A DNA stretch of 64,000 nt. Origin: an uncultured Gammaproteobacteria bacterium. GTDB lineage: Bacteria > Patescibacteriota > Microgenomatia > Levybacterales > UBA12049. Below the pieces are notes generated by a model. It did not search any database. It had not been told where the DNA came from and saw only the letters and a list, made by a program, of their open reading frames with translations. The stretch covers positions 1,505,887 through 1,569,886 of the forward strand of contig OZ246394.1 in the NCBI GenBank assembly GCA_965230895.1. Direction: 5' to 3'. Positions 1 through 10,996 of this stretch are shown piece by piece (within the stretch, counting starts at the first letter, position 1; each line of letters starts with the position of its first letter). A program made the translations under genes and the position numbers.

Positions 1-2
1 GT

Positions 3-2231
3 CAGACAACAAACAGTAGTAAGGTCTTTAGAGGTAATTTCCTTCAAGCACTTTATGGGGATTCATATAACTTAGGGGAGTTAAACGGAAGCACGAATTT
101 TGCATCCTTCTATGGTTCAGGGTCATTAACAACGCTGAGAGGATCATATAGTCAGGCAGGAGTTTCACTTGGAGCGGCTGGTAATGTATCTTACGCACAG
201 GGATCAGTCGGAGATGTGCAGCATTATGGTACAGGAACAATGAGTGAAGCAACAGGTTTAACAGGTATTGTTTCACTTCGAGCAAGTGGTACTGGGAATG
301 ATGGAGAAATTACAACTGCACGTGGTGTCTATGGTTATGTCGAAAATAATCTTTCTGCCAATACTGGAACAATTGTCACCGGTACTGCTATCTATGCTGG
401 TGCACCAACCGCGGCAGCAAATGCTCCAATTACAAATACAAATGGTGTCTATGTCGAGAATCAAGGCAAGACAGGTGTTACAAATGCAACTGGCCTTTAT
501 GTAGCTGCACAAAGTGGAGCAAGCAGTACTAATTATGCAGCTATCTTTGCAGGTGGAAGAATCGGTATGGGTACAACCACTCCATTATCAGGACTTGATG
601 TGCGTGGAAGTGGATTAGCAGCTGGAACTGTTCCAGTTGCTTCTATTTCTGGACAAACATCAAATGCAGCTTTGATCGTCGATAACAATGGCGTTGGAGA
701 CCTTTTCACTGCTTCAAAGAGTGGTGCAACAAAGTTTGCAGTATTAAACAATGGTGATGTTCGAATTGCAAATCTTTCAACAGCAGGTGGTGTTCTTTAC
801 ACAAACGGTACAGGAACAATTGCACAAACGGCACAAGGTGCTTCAGGTCAATGTTTGCAATCTCAAGGTGTTGGTGGAGCTCCAATTTGGGGATCTTGTG
901 ACAGTGCAAGTAGTGTAGACGCGTTTACTGTTGCAAATGGACTTATTTACAACGGAAACCAAACAACTGACTTCGCATTCGGAGGTACATCTTCAGCAAG
1001 TGCAAAATTCAAAGTTAGCATCAGCGGTACACAACCAACTGCATCTGTTGCTGGACAGACTTCAAGTGCTGCAATGATTGTTGACCAAACTGGAGTTGGA
1101 GATCTCTTCACAGCAAGTAAATCAGGGGCAACGAAGTTTACAATTACAAATAGTGGAGTCGTAGGTATCGGACAATTCCCTCGAACAAATCTTTCAACAA
1201 CACCTGCTGGAACACTCCATCTATGGGGATTGGGTTCAAATGGCTCAAATGCAATCCTTAACTTTGGAGATCAAGCGAATTCATCAAATGCATACATTAA
1301 GGAAAATGGTACCGGTGATAGTGATATCCTCGAACTTGGTGGACGACAAGGTCTAATCTTTGCAACTGGTACGAATACTACATATGGATTTGAACGAATG
1401 AGAATTGATGCAAATGGTAACGTAAACATCAATAATACAGGAACAGCCCTTTCTACACTTGATGCACGAGGCAATTCAGGTACAACTTCTGTGGCATCCG
1501 TCTCTGGTCAAACATCAAATGCAGCATTAATCGTCGATAATAACGGAGTAGGTGATGTCTTTACAGCATCGAAATCAGGAAAGACATTCTTCACAGTGAA
1601 GAATAATGGTGTCATCCAAATGGGTAACAATACTGATGGCGTCACATTTGATTACCTCAATGGTGGACCAAACTATGTCGGTCGAGCTCGTCCGACAAAG
1701 CAAATCGTTCTTTCACCTGAATATGCTGGTGGTATCATGACTGCTTCTGGTTCTGCAACAACTGATGGTGATATGACTGCTGATGCATCTGCTTCAGCAT
1801 CAACATTGATTACTCTAAATGGTGTTGCAAACAACTACCTCACATATTACGAATGGTCATCAAGTGAAACTTCATTCCAAGATTACACAGTCGGTGTTCG
1901 AGTCACACTTCCACCAGACTTCTCATCATGGGCGCCTGGTGGATCTTCAATCCAAGTTGTCTACAACACAGAATTGGGAACAAGTACAAGTAATAAGTTG
2001 GATATGATTATCTATCCATCAAGTAGTTCAACACCTACAGTCTATCGCCAAACACAAAATTCAGCATCAAAGACATGGACAACAATTGATGTTCCAGCAA
2101 CTGATTTGAACGATGGTACACCATGGAATGCAGCAAGTCAGTCAGCGATGTTGTACTTCAAGATGTCATCCAAAGATGGTAATCATGTCCAATTGGGTGA
2201 CATTATCTTGAACTATCTGAGCAAGTTCTAA
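3..2231 (+). CDS. 5'-truncated repeat-rich Gly/Thr/Ser-rich surface (adhesin-like) protein. The reading frame stays open to the window edge, so the GTG at 216 is not the true start.
   Basis: The frame containing 216..2231 has no stop codon back to nt 3. A ~30-aa motif SGQTSNAALIVDNNGVGD(L/V)FTASKSG(A/K)T(K)F occurs three times. The composition is G/T/S/N-rich and secreted-like, and the gene sits directly upstream of the giant surface protein. Confidence 0.6.
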   Translation, partial: QTTNSSKVFRGNFLQALYGDSYNLGELNGSTNFASFYGSGSLTTLRGSYSQAGVSLGAAGNVSYAQGSVGDVQHYGTGTMSEATGLTGIVSLRASGTGNDGEITTARGVYGYVENNLSANTGTIVTGTAIYAGAPTAAANAPITNTNGVYVENQGKTGVTNATGLYVAAQSGASSTNYAAIFAGGRIGMGTTTPLSGLDVRGSGLAAGTVPVASISGQTSNAALIVDNNGVGDLFTASKSGATKFAVLNNGDVRIANLSTAGGVLYTNGTGTIAQTAQGASGQCLQSQGVGGAPIWGSCDSASSVDAFTVANGLIYNGNQTTDFAFGGTSSASAKFKVSISGTQPTASVAGQTSSAAMIVDQTGVGDLFTASKSGATKFTITNSGVVGIGQFPRTNLSTTPAGTLHLWGLGSNGSNAILNFGDQANSSNAYIKENGTGDSDILELGGRQGLIFATGTNTTYGFERMRIDANGNVNINNTGTALSTLDARGNSGTTSVASVSGQTSNAALIVDNNGVGDVFTASKSGKTFFTVKNNGVIQMGNNTDGVTFDYLNGGPNYVGRARPTKQIVLSPEYAGGIMTASGSATTDGDMTADASASASTLITLNGVANNYLTYYEWSSSETSFQDYTVGVRVTLPPDFSSWAPGGSSIQVVYNTELGTSTSNKLDMIIYPSSSSTPTVYRQTQNSASKTWTTIDVPATDLNDGTPWNAASQSAMLYFKMSSKDGNHVQLGDIILNYLSKF

Positions 2232-2273
2232 GGAATTGACCAGTATCCATAAGATTGGATACACTTAATTTTT

Positions 2274-5200
2274 ATGTCGAAATTACTAACCACATTTAAA
2301 AAATATATCTTTAATACATTTCGACATGTTCCTACAGTTCATGTTTCAACCAAAAGAAAAACATTGGGACGAAGAATCGTTATTAGTGTATTAGTTTCAT
2401 TGATTGCCTTAGAACATGTACTTGTTCCATTTGCATATGCAGAGCAAAATACTCCAACTCCAAAAGCACAAAAAGAACAATTCAAAACATTAACCACAGA
2501 TACAAATCTCGAAGGCGTTGATCCATATATCGGAGAGGGGCGGGGAGTCAAATCAATAATTCCAGCGATTACAGACTTGAGCGTTTCCAATGATTCTGCA
2601 ACTGTTGCTGTCCCAGCTCGCGTCCATCGACTTGCAAAAGAAGATTACAGACCAAATGAAGAGATAAAAGTTGTTATCGAAAATGGTATCAACAAAAAGT
2701 TTAAGACAGAACTTATCGATGCAGTTGGTCAAAAAGTTGCTCTCGAAACAACAGAAAAAGAGACAGGTGCAGCAAAAGTAATTACTATCAATCAACCAAG
2801 TAGTTTCCGTCCGGGCAAATATACACTTCGAATTTCTGATGGCAAAGGCGGCGTTTCAGAACAAGATTTCAGTTGGGGAGTACTGGCTATCAATCCAGAC
2901 AAATCTATTTACGCGCCACAAGAAAATGCGGATCTTGCAATTGCTGTTTTGGATGAAGGTGGAAATATGGTTTGTGATGCACAAGTCGAATTACAAATCA
3001 CAGACCCAAACAATAAAGTCACATCACTTTCAACTGACAATGGCAAGGTTTTAATTAATCCAGAATGTAAGTCTCATGATTTCACATTGAAACCAGATTA
3101 CGAAACCAATTACCAAGTCGGTGGCATTGGTGAATATCAGATGCATTTGAAAGCGCAGACAAAGAATGGTGCATATGAAATTTCTGATTCTTTTGCAGTA
3201 CAAGCTGCTGCACCGTTTGACGTCAAGAGAGTTACAGCAACTCGCATTTATCCACCAAATACCTATCCGGTGACAATGGAAATTACTGCCAATCAAGATT
3301 TCGAAGGAACAGTGACAGAATCAGTGCCAGCGAGTTTCCGCATCGCCAAACCAGGAAGTCAGGTCCTCACTGAAGCGCAACAAGTTGATAAAGATGTCAA
3401 TGCTTCAGACTCTGGAATCCTTGCACCAGAACCACAATTACCAAACGCTCCCGAAGTTGCCGGAATTCAGACAAGTTCTGTCTTGCCATTTAGTACGGTC
3501 AATAATTTAGCAAATATTAATGGAGGAGAACGAGCTGTCTTCGGCGCAACAATTCCCGGACTTGGAATGCCATTTAATGGACCTTTCCCTGTGACACAGG
3601 AATTTGGTGAGAATCTTGTCCACATGGATGATGCAGGACTTTATGAAACATTTGGTATGCATGGTCATGATGGAATCGACTTTGGAATGCCAATTGGGAC
3701 TACAATCCAATCTGTTGATAATGGAACTGTTGTCCAAGCAGGTCCAGGCGGATATGGTACAACGGTTGTAGTCAAGCACAGTTGGGGATACAGTTACTAT
3801 GGCCATTTGAGTGAAGTGAAAGTAAAAGTCGGTGATCAAGTAATCCGTGGAAGTGCAATTGCTCTTTCTGGAAATTCTGGTATCACCACTGGACCTCATT
3901 TACATTTCAGTATTAAGCCAGATAAAAATGATGAAGATAATGGCTACTACGGTAAAGTAGACCCAGCATATTATCTCGGCATGAAACAATCTGCTGGTGT
4001 TGTCCTCGCGGCTGCGACAAAGGTGCAGCCGGAGAGTTACACGACACCGGTTTCAACAGATATCCAGGTCCTAACATGGAAGATTAATGTCAAAAAAGGT
4101 GACAAGATAAAGATAGGCTACAACTACCTGGCGCCAAGAATCAGTCCACAATTTTATACACTTGGTCCAGCAACATTCACTGATACAAGTGGTAAAGAAG
4201 TCTTCCATGAAATTCGTAAATGGCAAATTGCCGCTGACGCGTTGGATTTGAAGATAAAGCAGGGAAGCTTTACGAAGACAGCATCAACCTGTTCGGGAGA
4301 TTGTTTCCAATCGATTACTGGTCTTGGTTTCAAACCGAAAGCAATTATCTTTTATTGGACTGCCCAAACGTCACAAGGATATGCTGCAAATCAATATACA
4401 GGAATGGGTTTTTCAACGTCTGACAATGATGCTCAGGAAAACAGTGTGGCATTCTGGTCTGAAGATGCTCAGTCAAGTTCAGATACTGGAAGAACTCATG
4501 CAAATGGGTCACCGATATATATCATGACGACAGACGGGAATCCCGTGGCAGCGGCCGATGTTCGAAGTTTTGACGCAGATGGATTTACAATTGGTTGGTG
4601 GATCCAAAACTCAAGCTCATACAATATCCAATACACTGCAATAGGTGGAGCAGATGTCACAAATGCAAAAGTGGGAAGCTTTACATTGACAACGGGTACA
4701 GGATCTCTTGCTATAACAGACCCAGGATTTAAGCCAGATTTCTTGATGACACTTGCAACTGGTACAGAAAACGATGGCGATAATACTGCAAATGCAAAAA
4801 TGAGTGTCGGATATGCTGCAAGTGCAAGTAAACAAAGTGCGACAACGATCTTTGCACGAGATGCTCAATCGACTACAAGTACTAAAAGCCAGCAGCGGAC
4901 TGATTCGAATATCCTTTTGCTTACCGATACTGGTACACAAGATGCTATTGCAAGTCTCACAAGCTTTGATACCAACGGATTTACTCTTAATAAGAGCGAT
5001 GGACCAGCGGCGAATACAACTATCTATTATCTTGCATTACAAGGGGGACAATACGATGTCGGTTCTTTAACGCAACCGACGGCGACCGGTTCTCAATCTG
5101 TTACAACTGGTTTTCGGCCAAGTGGAGTGATGTTCGCGAGTCAAAATGCAACCGCGACGACAAGTATCAATAATACAAGTTCGTTAACCATTGGTGGAGC

Positions 5201-8200
5201 TTCCTCTACATCCCAAAGTCGTGATGCATGGTGCAATGACACAGTCGGTATAACCTGCACAAAAGATTGGAGTACGAGAAAAAAGATTACTATAAATAGT
5301 GCGAGTACTTCTGCATCTCTTTCCAATTTTCCTGTACTTGTAAAGCTTGATTCGAGCCGTATTAACTACAACAAAACACAAAATGCTGGGCAGGATATCC
5401 GCTTTGTATCATCAGCAAATCCAAATGCAGTACTTTCGTATGAAATCGAGAAATGGGATGAATCAGGAATATCTTCAGTATGGGTAAAAGTTCCCAATAT
5501 CAACCCGAGCGCAAGTAATTATATATGGATGTATTATGGGAATTCGAATGCTTCAGATGGACAAGATTCTACGAATGTTTGGGATACTAATTTCCAATCT
5601 GTTTATCATTCAAAAGAGACATCAGGGACAACGCTTGGAGATTCAACTACAAATGCAAGGAATGGAACAAAGGCCACGGCATCCCGTCCAAATCCTACAA
5701 CGGCAGGGCAAATAGGTGGAGCCCAAACATATGTTGCCGCAACAAGTGACTGGGTGGATATCGCAAATACTGCATCGAGCGTTGCGACTGGCAGTCTAAC
5801 GTTCTCTTTATGGTTTAGACCGACAACAACGTTTTCTTCTGCAAAAACAGTTAGTCAAATTTTAGTTAACTTAGGGGAGTCTCCTTCCGGGAACGATGTC
5901 TCGCTTGTATTGGATGAAGGTGGTGGACAGGCATATCTTTCTGTTCTGGATTCAGGCAATAATGTTGTGACAGCTCCGTCGAATCAGACTTCGTGGACTG
6001 CGGGGACATGGTATTATTTGAGTGGAACATTCAGTACGCAAGATGGTCTTAAGTTATATGTGAATGGAGTATTGAATGGTACTGATTCTGGAACTACCCG
6101 AGGCACACCTGCTTCCACAAAGATGAGTATTGGTAGATACTTTGATGGAAGTACTGCGTTTGATGGGATAATTGATGAAGTCCGTATCTCAAATACAGCA
6201 CGCTCGGCAGATTGGACAAATACAGAATATCTTACTGCAATTGATGCAACAAATACCTATGGTATCGAAGAAGCACAAAATCAAGGTGCAAATATCGTTA
6301 ATCAGGGGACTATCTGGTCAGACGATCGCAATGGCCAAGCATCAAATCGAAACGCGAATATGTCCACCACTACTGCTGCTGCAATTCGTATCGCAACCAG
6401 TGCAAGTAATGGTTCGACTCCATCAAGCGCAAATGCTGAAGCAGAATTACAGTCATTTGATACCTCAGGATATACACTTAATTGGACAACAGCAGATGCT
6501 ACGGCACGTGAAGTTGTCTACTGGGCCGCAGGAAGTATTTCTGCTTCTCAGGAAGATTATCGTTGGTTCAAAAATGCAAATGCTCTAACTCCAGGAGAGG
6601 CACTTGAAGACGAAAACACCACAACGATCGTTGCAAAGAGCAAAGCCACTGCAAGACTTCGCGCAAGTATGTCTGCTGGAGGAAATGGGTTAAGTGCCTC
6701 ATCACCTGGATTCAAGCTCCAATATGCTGCAGCTGGTGCAGAATCTGGTGTGACTCCATCAAATGATTGGTGCAATGATACAACAGGAGTGACTTGTGTG
6801 GCACCAGGACCAACTTCTCAGCAGGTCGTGACGCAAACCGATTGGTGCAATGATGCATCAGGTATAACGTGTGATACCAACTGGCAATATCGGCGTAAGA
6901 TAACGATTAATAATTCTGCCTCAGGTCAGACATTGACTGATTTTCCTTTATTGGTGAAATTGGATAGTACAAGAATTGATTACTCAAAGACACAAAGTGA
7001 TGGTGATGATCTCAGGTTCGTTGCAGATGGAGCCCCAACCGTTGTACTGCCACATGAAATTGATGGTACGTGGAGCAATAGTGGTACTAATTATGTCTGG
7101 GTGAAGGTAACACTAGCGGCAGGATCAACTACAGGAGCTATTTATATGTACTACGGAAATAATAGTGCTACCAGTGGGCAAGATAAAAATAATGTTTGGA
7201 ATTCAGCTTATCAGTCCGTTTGGCATCTTGGAGAGACTGGAGACAATGTAGGTAATGATTATATAGACAGTACAAGTACGGCAAATAATGCTCAGGGAGG
7301 TGGAGGTCAATCTGGGCGAGTTCCTGCTCCGTCTTCGGCTGGTCAGATTGGAGCTGCACAAGACTTCGATGGAACTGATGATGTCTTGACTACTTCCCAA
7401 GCTGGTACTTATAACTTTTCTAATGCATTTACGATCGATTTATGGATAAATGCTGACGACTGTGGAGATAGTGGAGGAGCGGGGACTATTTTCGAGAACT
7501 GGGCGGATGCTGGAGAATTCTATGTATGTTCGACAAATTCGAGAGCGTTAGGGTTCTGGGTTAATAGTCCTGGAGATGATACCTATACTGTCGGAAACGT
7601 ATTTAGCTTTAACACCTGGGCGCACGTTGCTGTTACTCATAATGGATCAGGAACATATAGCTACTACGTAAACGGTGTTTTGCAAACTAACTCGGATGGA
7701 ACAGGTTCAGTGAATAACGCGAGTAGTCCTTCGACAAAAGTTGGAATAATCGGTGCAGATGAAGCATCACTCTCTTCTAATTATAACTTTGATGGAGAAA
7801 TGGATGACCTCCGTGTGTCCAGTTCAGTACGCACTGCTGATTGGCTTGAAGCGGAATATCTGACAGGAACCGATGCAATGAATTCATTTGGTTCAGAGCA
7901 AACATATCAGACGACAACTTCTTCAAATGGGGGATGGGATATGCGAAGAAAGATAACGTTTGATAATTCAAGTGCAGCAGGAAACCTTCCTAACTTCCCG
8001 GTTTTAGTCAAACTCGATAATACACGAATCGACTACAGCAAGACACAAAATAGTGGTCAAGACATTCGTTTTGTTGATCCATCTGATCCTACGACAGTAC
8101 TTCCTCATGAAATTGAAACCTGGAATGAAAGTGGTACATCCTACGTGTGGGTGAAAGTCCCTCAGATTGATGCAGGATCAACGAGTGATTATATCTGGAT

Positions 8201-10403
8201 GTATTACGACAACCCGACAGTTTCGGACGGACAAGATGCGACAAATGTATGGGAAAGTGATTTCAAAGGAGTTTGGCATTTATCGGAATCAGGTAATGGA
8301 ACCTCAAATGAATTCGATGAAAGTACATCAAGTGCTGATAACGGAACTGGAGGAGGAGGAACAGGTACCAAAGTCCCTACACGAACCGCTGGGCAAATTG
8401 GTTCAGGGCAAAAATTTGATGGTGTCGATGATTATATTATTACAAATAGTACAAGTTTGATTAATGGTACAACTGCATATACGTATGAAGCTTGGATAAA
8501 TCCTACATCTTGTGGAGAAGGGGGAAGTGGTACTGTTTTGGGTAAAGATAATGTTTCAAACCTTTTCCTATGTCAAACCGTTGCCAATAACATTGCACTA
8601 GCTTATGAAGCAAATGGTTCTAGTGCGTATTCCGCCATTAATTCATTAACGATGAATAAGTGGCATCATGTTGTCGCTGTTTATAATGACGCGAACGTGG
8701 CATCTTTTTACATTGACGGAGTTCTTGTTACAGCAACAGATTCTTCTGTCACAGAAGCAAATACTACTGGAGGGATTGTCATCGGTACAGAATCAAGTGG
8801 TGGCACAACTCCGGCGACTTCAAATTACAATTTTGATGGTGTTATCGACGAAGCTCGTATTTCAACTGGTGTTCGTTCCGCAGATTGGATTAAGGCAGAA
8901 TATCTCACAGGATCAGATCAGATGAATGCATACAGTGAAGAGCAAGCATATACAAACGCTGGATCTGTAACCACAGGTTGGACTGATGTTGCAGATATCT
9001 GGTGCAATGATAATACAGGTGTAACGTGCAATACCAATTGGACAACGAGAAAGAGAATCACAATTAATAATCAAGCTTCAAGTACAAACCTTACCAGTTT
9101 CCCGGTGCTTGTTAAATTAGATTCAACAAGAATTGACTACAGTAAGACTCAAAATAGTGGACAAGATCTGCGATTTGTTGATCCGGCTGATCCAAATACT
9201 GTGTTGCCACATGAAATAGAACGTTGGGATGAATCCGGTACATCATATGTTTGGGTACAAGTTCCGCAATTAGACGCAAAGTCTGCAACAGATTCTATCT
9301 GGATGTATTATGGCAATGCAGCTATTAGTGATGGACAGGCTGCATCAAGTGTATGGGATGGGAACTATAAAGGAGTATGGCATTTAAATCAGGATCCAGC
9401 TGTAGCAGGATCAGGAGGAATACTAGATTCTACAACAAATGCAAATAATGGTACTGACACTGGATCTATGGACGCGAATGATTTAGTCCCTGGAACGATT
9501 GATGGTAGTCTTGATTTTGATGGATCAAATGATTATATCCAAGTTAATAATCCTGCTTCTTTAAGAATTACAGGTGCGCTCACGATTTCTACTTGGGTCA
9601 AGGTTGATAATAATACTCAAGGGGCAGTTATTTCAAAAAGTGATTTAACTCCAACTGCTTTGGCGTATAGTTTGGAGATTCTTAGTGGTAAAGCTGTCTT
9701 ATATGTTTCTTCAAATGGATCGTCGTATGTATCAGCAACAAGTACTTCTACGTTAGCTACTGGTATTTGGTATCACATTACGGCAGTCTACAATCCAAGT
9801 ACATCATTAACTATGTATATTAATGGAATCCAAGAAGCGCAAAATACTACCAGCATACCTGCTTCTCTTTTTAATAGTGCTCAGAATGTTAATATTGGTG
9901 CCCAGCAAAGCAATGCAACGAACCCACTTGACGGTATTATAGATGAGTCGAGAATATCAAATACTAATCGTTCTGCTGATTGGGTTAAAGCAGAATATTT
10001 GACGACTTCTGATCAATTAAATACTTTTGGTAACGAAGAAACGCAAAGTTCAGCTGTATGGAGATTTAAAGATAATACATCTGTCTCAGATGGAACAACA
10101 ATTACATCTGCTGTCTTGGGTACATCAACTTCTGGAAATCAAATGACATATCAAGAGTCCAATCCAACCTTTCTTATTCCGACTGCTTTGGGTGTAGGAG
10201 AGAAGAGAGAATTTGATTTCTCACTGGATGGTTCGAGGGCAAGTAACCGAAGGACGTATTATTTCAGGTTGGTTAATGCTGATGGGACACCAATGACGAA
10301 TTATACAAAGTATCCTTCAATTACTGTAGGTGTTCCAAATGACAAACTAATGCGTGGCGGAAAATGGTTTAATTACAAGAAAGAACAGAATGTCAGCTTC
10401 TAG
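2274..10403 (+). CDS. Giant (2709 aa) cell-surface protein. It has an N-terminal signal/anchor, Ig-like region, M23 (LytM) metallopeptidase domain, then four [DUF2341-like + LamG-like jelly-roll] modules.
   Basis: Hydrophobic N-terminal segment IVISVLVSLIALEHVLVPFAYA. M23 motifs HGHDGIDFGMP...YGHLSEV...GNSGITTGPHLHF at about nt 3560-3930. Four repeats of KITINNxAS...FPVLVKLDxTRIDYSKTQNSGQDIRFVD...WDESGTSYVWVKVP...YIWMYYGN...DGQD..VW (DUF2341-like). Each is followed by ...LWFRP/LWINA...DExRIS..xRSADW (Laminin_G_3-like). Confidence 0.8.
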   Translation: MSKLLTTFKKYIFNTFRHVPTVHVSTKRKTLGRRIVISVLVSLIALEHVLVPFAYAEQNTPTPKAQKEQFKTLTTDTNLEGVDPYIGEGRGVKSIIPAITDLSVSNDSATVAVPARVHRLAKEDYRPNEEIKVVIENGINKKFKTELIDAVGQKVALETTEKETGAAKVITINQPSSFRPGKYTLRISDGKGGVSEQDFSWGVLAINPDKSIYAPQENADLAIAVLDEGGNMVCDAQVELQITDPNNKVTSLSTDNGKVLINPECKSHDFTLKPDYETNYQVGGIGEYQMHLKAQTKNGAYEISDSFAVQAAAPFDVKRVTATRIYPPNTYPVTMEITANQDFEGTVTESVPASFRIAKPGSQVLTEAQQVDKDVNASDSGILAPEPQLPNAPEVAGIQTSSVLPFSTVNNLANINGGERAVFGATIPGLGMPFNGPFPVTQEFGENLVHMDDAGLYETFGMHGHDGIDFGMPIGTTIQSVDNGTVVQAGPGGYGTTVVVKHSWGYSYYGHLSEVKVKVGDQVIRGSAIALSGNSGITTGPHLHFSIKPDKNDEDNGYYGKVDPAYYLGMKQSAGVVLAAATKVQPESYTTPVSTDIQVLTWKINVKKGDKIKIGYNYLAPRISPQFYTLGPATFTDTSGKEVFHEIRKWQIAADALDLKIKQGSFTKTASTCSGDCFQSITGLGFKPKAIIFYWTAQTSQGYAANQYTGMGFSTSDNDAQENSVAFWSEDAQSSSDTGRTHANGSPIYIMTTDGNPVAAADVRSFDADGFTIGWWIQNSSSYNIQYTAIGGADVTNAKVGSFTLTTGTGSLAITDPGFKPDFLMTLATGTENDGDNTANAKMSVGYAASASKQSATTIFARDAQSTTSTKSQQRTDSNILLLTDTGTQDAIASLTSFDTNGFTLNKSDGPAANTTIYYLALQGGQYDVGSLTQPTATGSQSVTTGFRPSGVMFASQNATATTSINNTSSLTIGGASSTSQSRDAWCNDTVGITCTKDWSTRKKITINSASTSASLSNFPVLVKLDSSRINYNKTQNAGQDIRFVSSANPNAVLSYEIEKWDESGISSVWVKVPNINPSASNYIWMYYGNSNASDGQDSTNVWDTNFQSVYHSKETSGTTLGDSTTNARNGTKATASRPNPTTAGQIGGAQTYVAATSDWVDIANTASSVATGSLTFSLWFRPTTTFSSAKTVSQILVNLGESPSGNDVSLVLDEGGGQAYLSVLDSGNNVVTAPSNQTSWTAGTWYYLSGTFSTQDGLKLYVNGVLNGTDSGTTRGTPASTKMSIGRYFDGSTAFDGIIDEVRISNTARSADWTNTEYLTAIDATNTYGIEEAQNQGANIVNQGTIWSDDRNGQASNRNANMSTTTAAAIRIATSASNGSTPSSANAEAELQSFDTSGYTLNWTTADATAREVVYWAAGSISASQEDYRWFKNANALTPGEALEDENTTTIVAKSKATARLRASMSAGGNGLSASSPGFKLQYAAAGAESGVTPSNDWCNDTTGVTCVAPGPTSQQVVTQTDWCNDASGITCDTNWQYRRKITINNSASGQTLTDFPLLVKLDSTRIDYSKTQSDGDDLRFVADGAPTVVLPHEIDGTWSNSGTNYVWVKVTLAAGSTTGAIYMYYGNNSATSGQDKNNVWNSAYQSVWHLGETGDNVGNDYIDSTSTANNAQGGGGQSGRVPAPSSAGQIGAAQDFDGTDDVLTTSQAGTYNFSNAFTIDLWINADDCGDSGGAGTIFENWADAGEFYVCSTNSRALGFWVNSPGDDTYTVGNVFSFNTWAHVAVTHNGSGTYSYYVNGVLQTNSDGTGSVNNASSPSTKVGIIGADEASLSSNYNFDGEMDDLRVSSSVRTADWLEAEYLTGTDAMNSFGSEQTYQTTTSSNGGWDMRRKITFDNSSAAGNLPNFPVLVKLDNTRIDYSKTQNSGQDIRFVDPSDPTTVLPHEIETWNESGTSYVWVKVPQIDAGSTSDYIWMYYDNPTVSDGQDATNVWESDFKGVWHLSESGNGTSNEFDESTSSADNGTGGGGTGTKVPTRTAGQIGSGQKFDGVDDYIITNSTSLINGTTAYTYEAWINPTSCGEGGSGTVLGKDNVSNLFLCQTVANNIALAYEANGSSAYSAINSLTMNKWHHVVAVYNDANVASFYIDGVLVTATDSSVTEANTTGGIVIGTESSGGTTPATSNYNFDGVIDEARISTGVRSADWIKAEYLTGSDQMNAYSEEQAYTNAGSVTTGWTDVADIWCNDNTGVTCNTNWTTRKRITINNQASSTNLTSFPVLVKLDSTRIDYSKTQNSGQDLRFVDPADPNTVLPHEIERWDESGTSYVWVQVPQLDAKSATDSIWMYYGNAAISDGQAASSVWDGNYKGVWHLNQDPAVAGSGGILDSTTNANNGTDTGSMDANDLVPGTIDGSLDFDGSNDYIQVNNPASLRITGALTISTWVKVDNNTQGAVISKSDLTPTALAYSLEILSGKAVLYVSSNGSSYVSATSTSTLATGIWYHITAVYNPSTSLTMYINGIQEAQNTTSIPASLFNSAQNVNIGAQQSNATNPLDGIIDESRISNTNRSADWVKAEYLTTSDQLNTFGNEETQSSAVWRFKDNTSVSDGTTITSAVLGTSTSGNQMTYQESNPTFLIPTALGVGEKREFDFSLDGSRASNRRTYYFRLVNADGTPMTNYTKYPSITVGVPNDKLMRGGKWFNYKKEQNVSF
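5229..10000. repeat. Four tandem ~1-kb diverged direct repeats (DUF2341-like + LamG-like modules) inside the giant gene. Approximate units: 5229-6240, 6769-7870, 7930-8900, 8998-10000.
   Basis: Recurrent stretches such as gtcaaactcgataatacacgaatcgactacagcaagacacaaaatagtggtcaagacattcgttttgttgatcc and gttaaattagattcaacaagaattgactacagtaagactcaaaatagtggacaagatctgcgatttgttgatcc. Confidence 0.7.
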
Positions 10404-10416
10404 TACATGACGGATC

Positions 10417-10971
10417 ATGTATACTAAAGACATGCCTGAAGCCTCATTTAATCCAGAATCACTTGCATACGTTGAGGGGCCGAAAAAGAAACGTTTTCGG
10501 TTGCCGCTACCAAGTAAAAAATCAATAGTCATTCTCTCTATTTTTGTTGTCGGTATTGCAATCGGTGCAGGCGGAATATTTGGTTATCTCCATTTTAAAA
10601 AAACTCCTGCACCCGTTGCAGAACAACTTCCAGATAATCAGCCACCGCAAGCAGTACTTGGTTTGATTGAAACGGTTGAGAAAAAAATTCCTAACATTCC
10701 CAAAAATGAGATCCCTTCAGTAGCAACGATAAAAGATTTATCTGAGTTATCCGATCAAGAATTTCTTGAAGGGGCAAAAGTTGGAGATAGACTCATGATT
10801 TACTCAGCAGCGAAACTCGCTATCCTATACCGTCCAAGTACCAATGAAGTTATCCGGCAAGGCCCAGTTGAAATTATCGGTGAAGCAAGTGGAGAAGACA
10901 CAGCTTCTTCCTCGTCAGCTGTCCTTTCCGCGTCAGATTCCGCAGTACCTGCTCTACGAATCAAATACTAA
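10417..10971 (+). CDS. Hypothetical single-pass membrane-anchored protein
   Basis: ORF with one TM helix (SIVILSIFVVGIAIGAGGIFGYL) and a Ser-rich C-terminus. No recognisable domain. Confidence 0.45.
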   Translation: MYTKDMPEASFNPESLAYVEGPKKKRFRLPLPSKKSIVILSIFVVGIAIGAGGIFGYLHFKKTPAPVAEQLPDNQPPQAVLGLIETVEKKIPNIPKNEIPSVATIKDLSELSDQEFLEGAKVGDRLMIYSAAKLAILYRPSTNEVIRQGPVEIIGEASGEDTASSSSAVLSASDSAVPALRIKY

Positions 10972-10996
10972 GGAAAGGAGTATAATACAACCAATT

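Noticed and set aside
216-216. GTG start at 216 for the first gene
   Set aside because: The same frame is open back to nt 3 with homologous Gly/Ser-rich sequence. The gene is 5'-truncated by the window.
273-9000. Numerous 60-140-aa ORFs antisense or out of frame inside the giant repeat genes (e.g. 273..512, 3507..3899, 6172..6588, 8167..8460)
   Set aside because: They are nested in well-supported long CDSs, have low-complexity translations and no start context. They are frame shadows.
5229-10000. Possible CRISPR or other non-coding repeat array
   Set aside because: The repeats are about 1 kb, in-frame and protein-coding (DUF2341/LamG modules). No short repeat-spacer structure occurs anywhere in the window.
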